DNA of 64,000 nucleotides. Origin: Phoronis australis. Lineage: Eukaryota > Animalia > Phoronida. Below are positions 62,401-64,000 of the stretch, one piece after another. The notes below the pieces were generated by a model. The model did no database searches, had not been told where the DNA came from, and saw only the letters and a list, made by a program, of their open reading frames with translations. Position numbers and translations under genes: made by a program. The DNA lies in NCBI GenBank assembly GCA_002633005.1, contig NMRA01000009.1, positions 1,101,169-1,165,168 of the forward strand, read 5' to 3'. Each line of letters starts with the position of its first letter. Positions within the stretch are counted from its first letter, which is position 1.

Positions 62401-64000
62401 CAACATAGCGGCGGGGGAACATAGATGAAACATCAGTTGGAAACATACGGACGGGGAAATAAAGGAACTGAAAACAGCGACCGATCCCGAACCTCGGTGT
62501 ATATTATATTTGGAGACTCCTTCAAATGATACCAAACCCGGTTTTGACCTGTTAACAGATGTTAATTACTACTCTTCCATCCAATTTTACGAAACAAAAC
62601 AATGCTCTGTAATCCTCGACAACGCTCAAAAGTTTGGAGGAAAATTTAAAAACTCCTTCCAAAGTCTGCTCAAAGTGCAAGCGTCACCTACGCTTTTAGC
62701 GAATTATATGGTAACAGTGGGGAAAGACCACTCAGCACGAGCTATAATATCCAATATGTGGCATAGGGAGTATTTGGTTTTTAGTAGATTCTTACTTTCG
62801 TCTTTCAAGACAAACGCCAATCATGCATTAGCACTAGGTGACACAAGAATTGGTTGAAATCATCAAAACGGGTTTAGTATCTTTTTAACTAATGATGTGA
62901 TCAGCAATTATCAAACCAAAGTCGATCTTGGGCCACGACATTTAAAATTATTATAAAAAAGAAATATCCTAATTTCAGTTAATATATACGGATACCCAAA
63001 GGTGTTAAATTTTCTTGCTGAAAAACATTGTAAAGATCATTTACTCAGTGAAATTTTAGGTTCAAATCTTTGCAAATTAGGGGCCAATTGTTTTCCAAAT
63101 AAGATCTGCTTAATCAAACCTGGCCAACTCTAACAATAGATGGGCTCTGGGCATATGAGGTATCAGTGCTATTCGTTTCGGGTCTCCAGGGTAAAACGTG
63201 TACACTGTTACACATATCTATAGGCATGGTGCATTGAATGCAGAGATGCCTATAGACATGTGTACAAAGGCCTAACTGAAGAATTGTTACTAATGTTTCA
63301 TCTCACTCTTTAATCTCCTATTTCAGCTCTTGGGCACCCACTTCCTACTAGTGATCAATAAAAATTCATCGCACAAATTAAAAGGATTAACAACGTCAGT
63401 CCTTATGTGTTACTTAGTACTGTGCAAAGTACAACACATCTAGAATTGATCTCCTTCAGTAAATGTCCAAAGCAGAGAACATGCCCTCAACAACACAAGT
63501 TGTTATCCAACTCCTCCACTGTTTGTACATAGCGCATCACATGTCCTTTACAGCCAGCGCACCTTGAATCACGCTCAGTGGATACAATATTCGTCATTTT
63601 CGGTACCACAGAATTTTAAGGAACTGGAACTGTTGCCGAAAACCATGCAGGCGTATGCACTGAAGGCCAATTTTTTCCTCCACTGTGACCATTCACCACT
63701 AATTTCACTGCACGCAGTATTCAAATGATCAATCGGCAATTTTTAAAAAATTTTACACACACTAAACCTCCTCGTCACTTGTTTAAAACTTAGGAAACAC
63801 ACTTTTTTAACCACTCATATCAATCTTATCTTGAAAGCCAGAAACACTGAAGATTATCACAGCATCTTGTTTTCACTGCACTACAACTCATAGTGAAGTT
63901 TTGCCTAGGCAAAGCCAAATGCTGCACCTTATTGTCAAACACATGCGCTATGAAACTTTTGTGATATGTAAGCCCTACTTATTGTAAATATAGATCAAGT

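Noticed and set aside
63320-63740. Cys-containing frames as a possible second Ly6 paralogue
   Set aside because: No LU cysteine spacing or CxxxxCN motif, and no consistent splice sites in the frames examined.

Overview
Eukaryotic, AT-rich, repeat-dense genomic DNA with GT-AG introns. The gene and transposon content suggests a marine invertebrate (inference). There is no prokaryotic operon structure, CRISPR array or rRNA. Three host genes can be read: two internal exons of an EGF-repeat protein (+, 1305-2433), a complete 6-coding-exon SLC16/monocarboxylate-transporter-family gene (-, 17259-25473, about 595 aa), and two exons of a GPI-anchored Ly6/three-finger (quiver/sleepless-like) protein (+, 51246-52987) that the ORF track misses. 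Most of the rest is mobile DNA, and many ends and target-site duplications (TSDs) are directly readable. These include a satellite-armed foldback structure with GAG..CTC ends, Kolobok-type pieces (a THAP exon at a TTAA site whose empty site lies 3.2 kb away, and a P2X7-tail-like exon), two opposite-facing CAGGG-terminal elements with 5-bp TSDs, MITEs with 2-, 3-, 6- and 8-bp TSDs, a decayed Academ with both ends, Helentron/HINE-like elements, an inverted Penelope-like pair carrying a hammerhead core, and a decayed Ty3/Gypsy pol. Single-n joins (4701, 8354, 37055, 44499) and an N gap (34431-34659) sit next to near-identical duplications, so some large-scale structure may be haplotype or assembly artefact. 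I found no clearly new biological system; the best leads are listed as findings.
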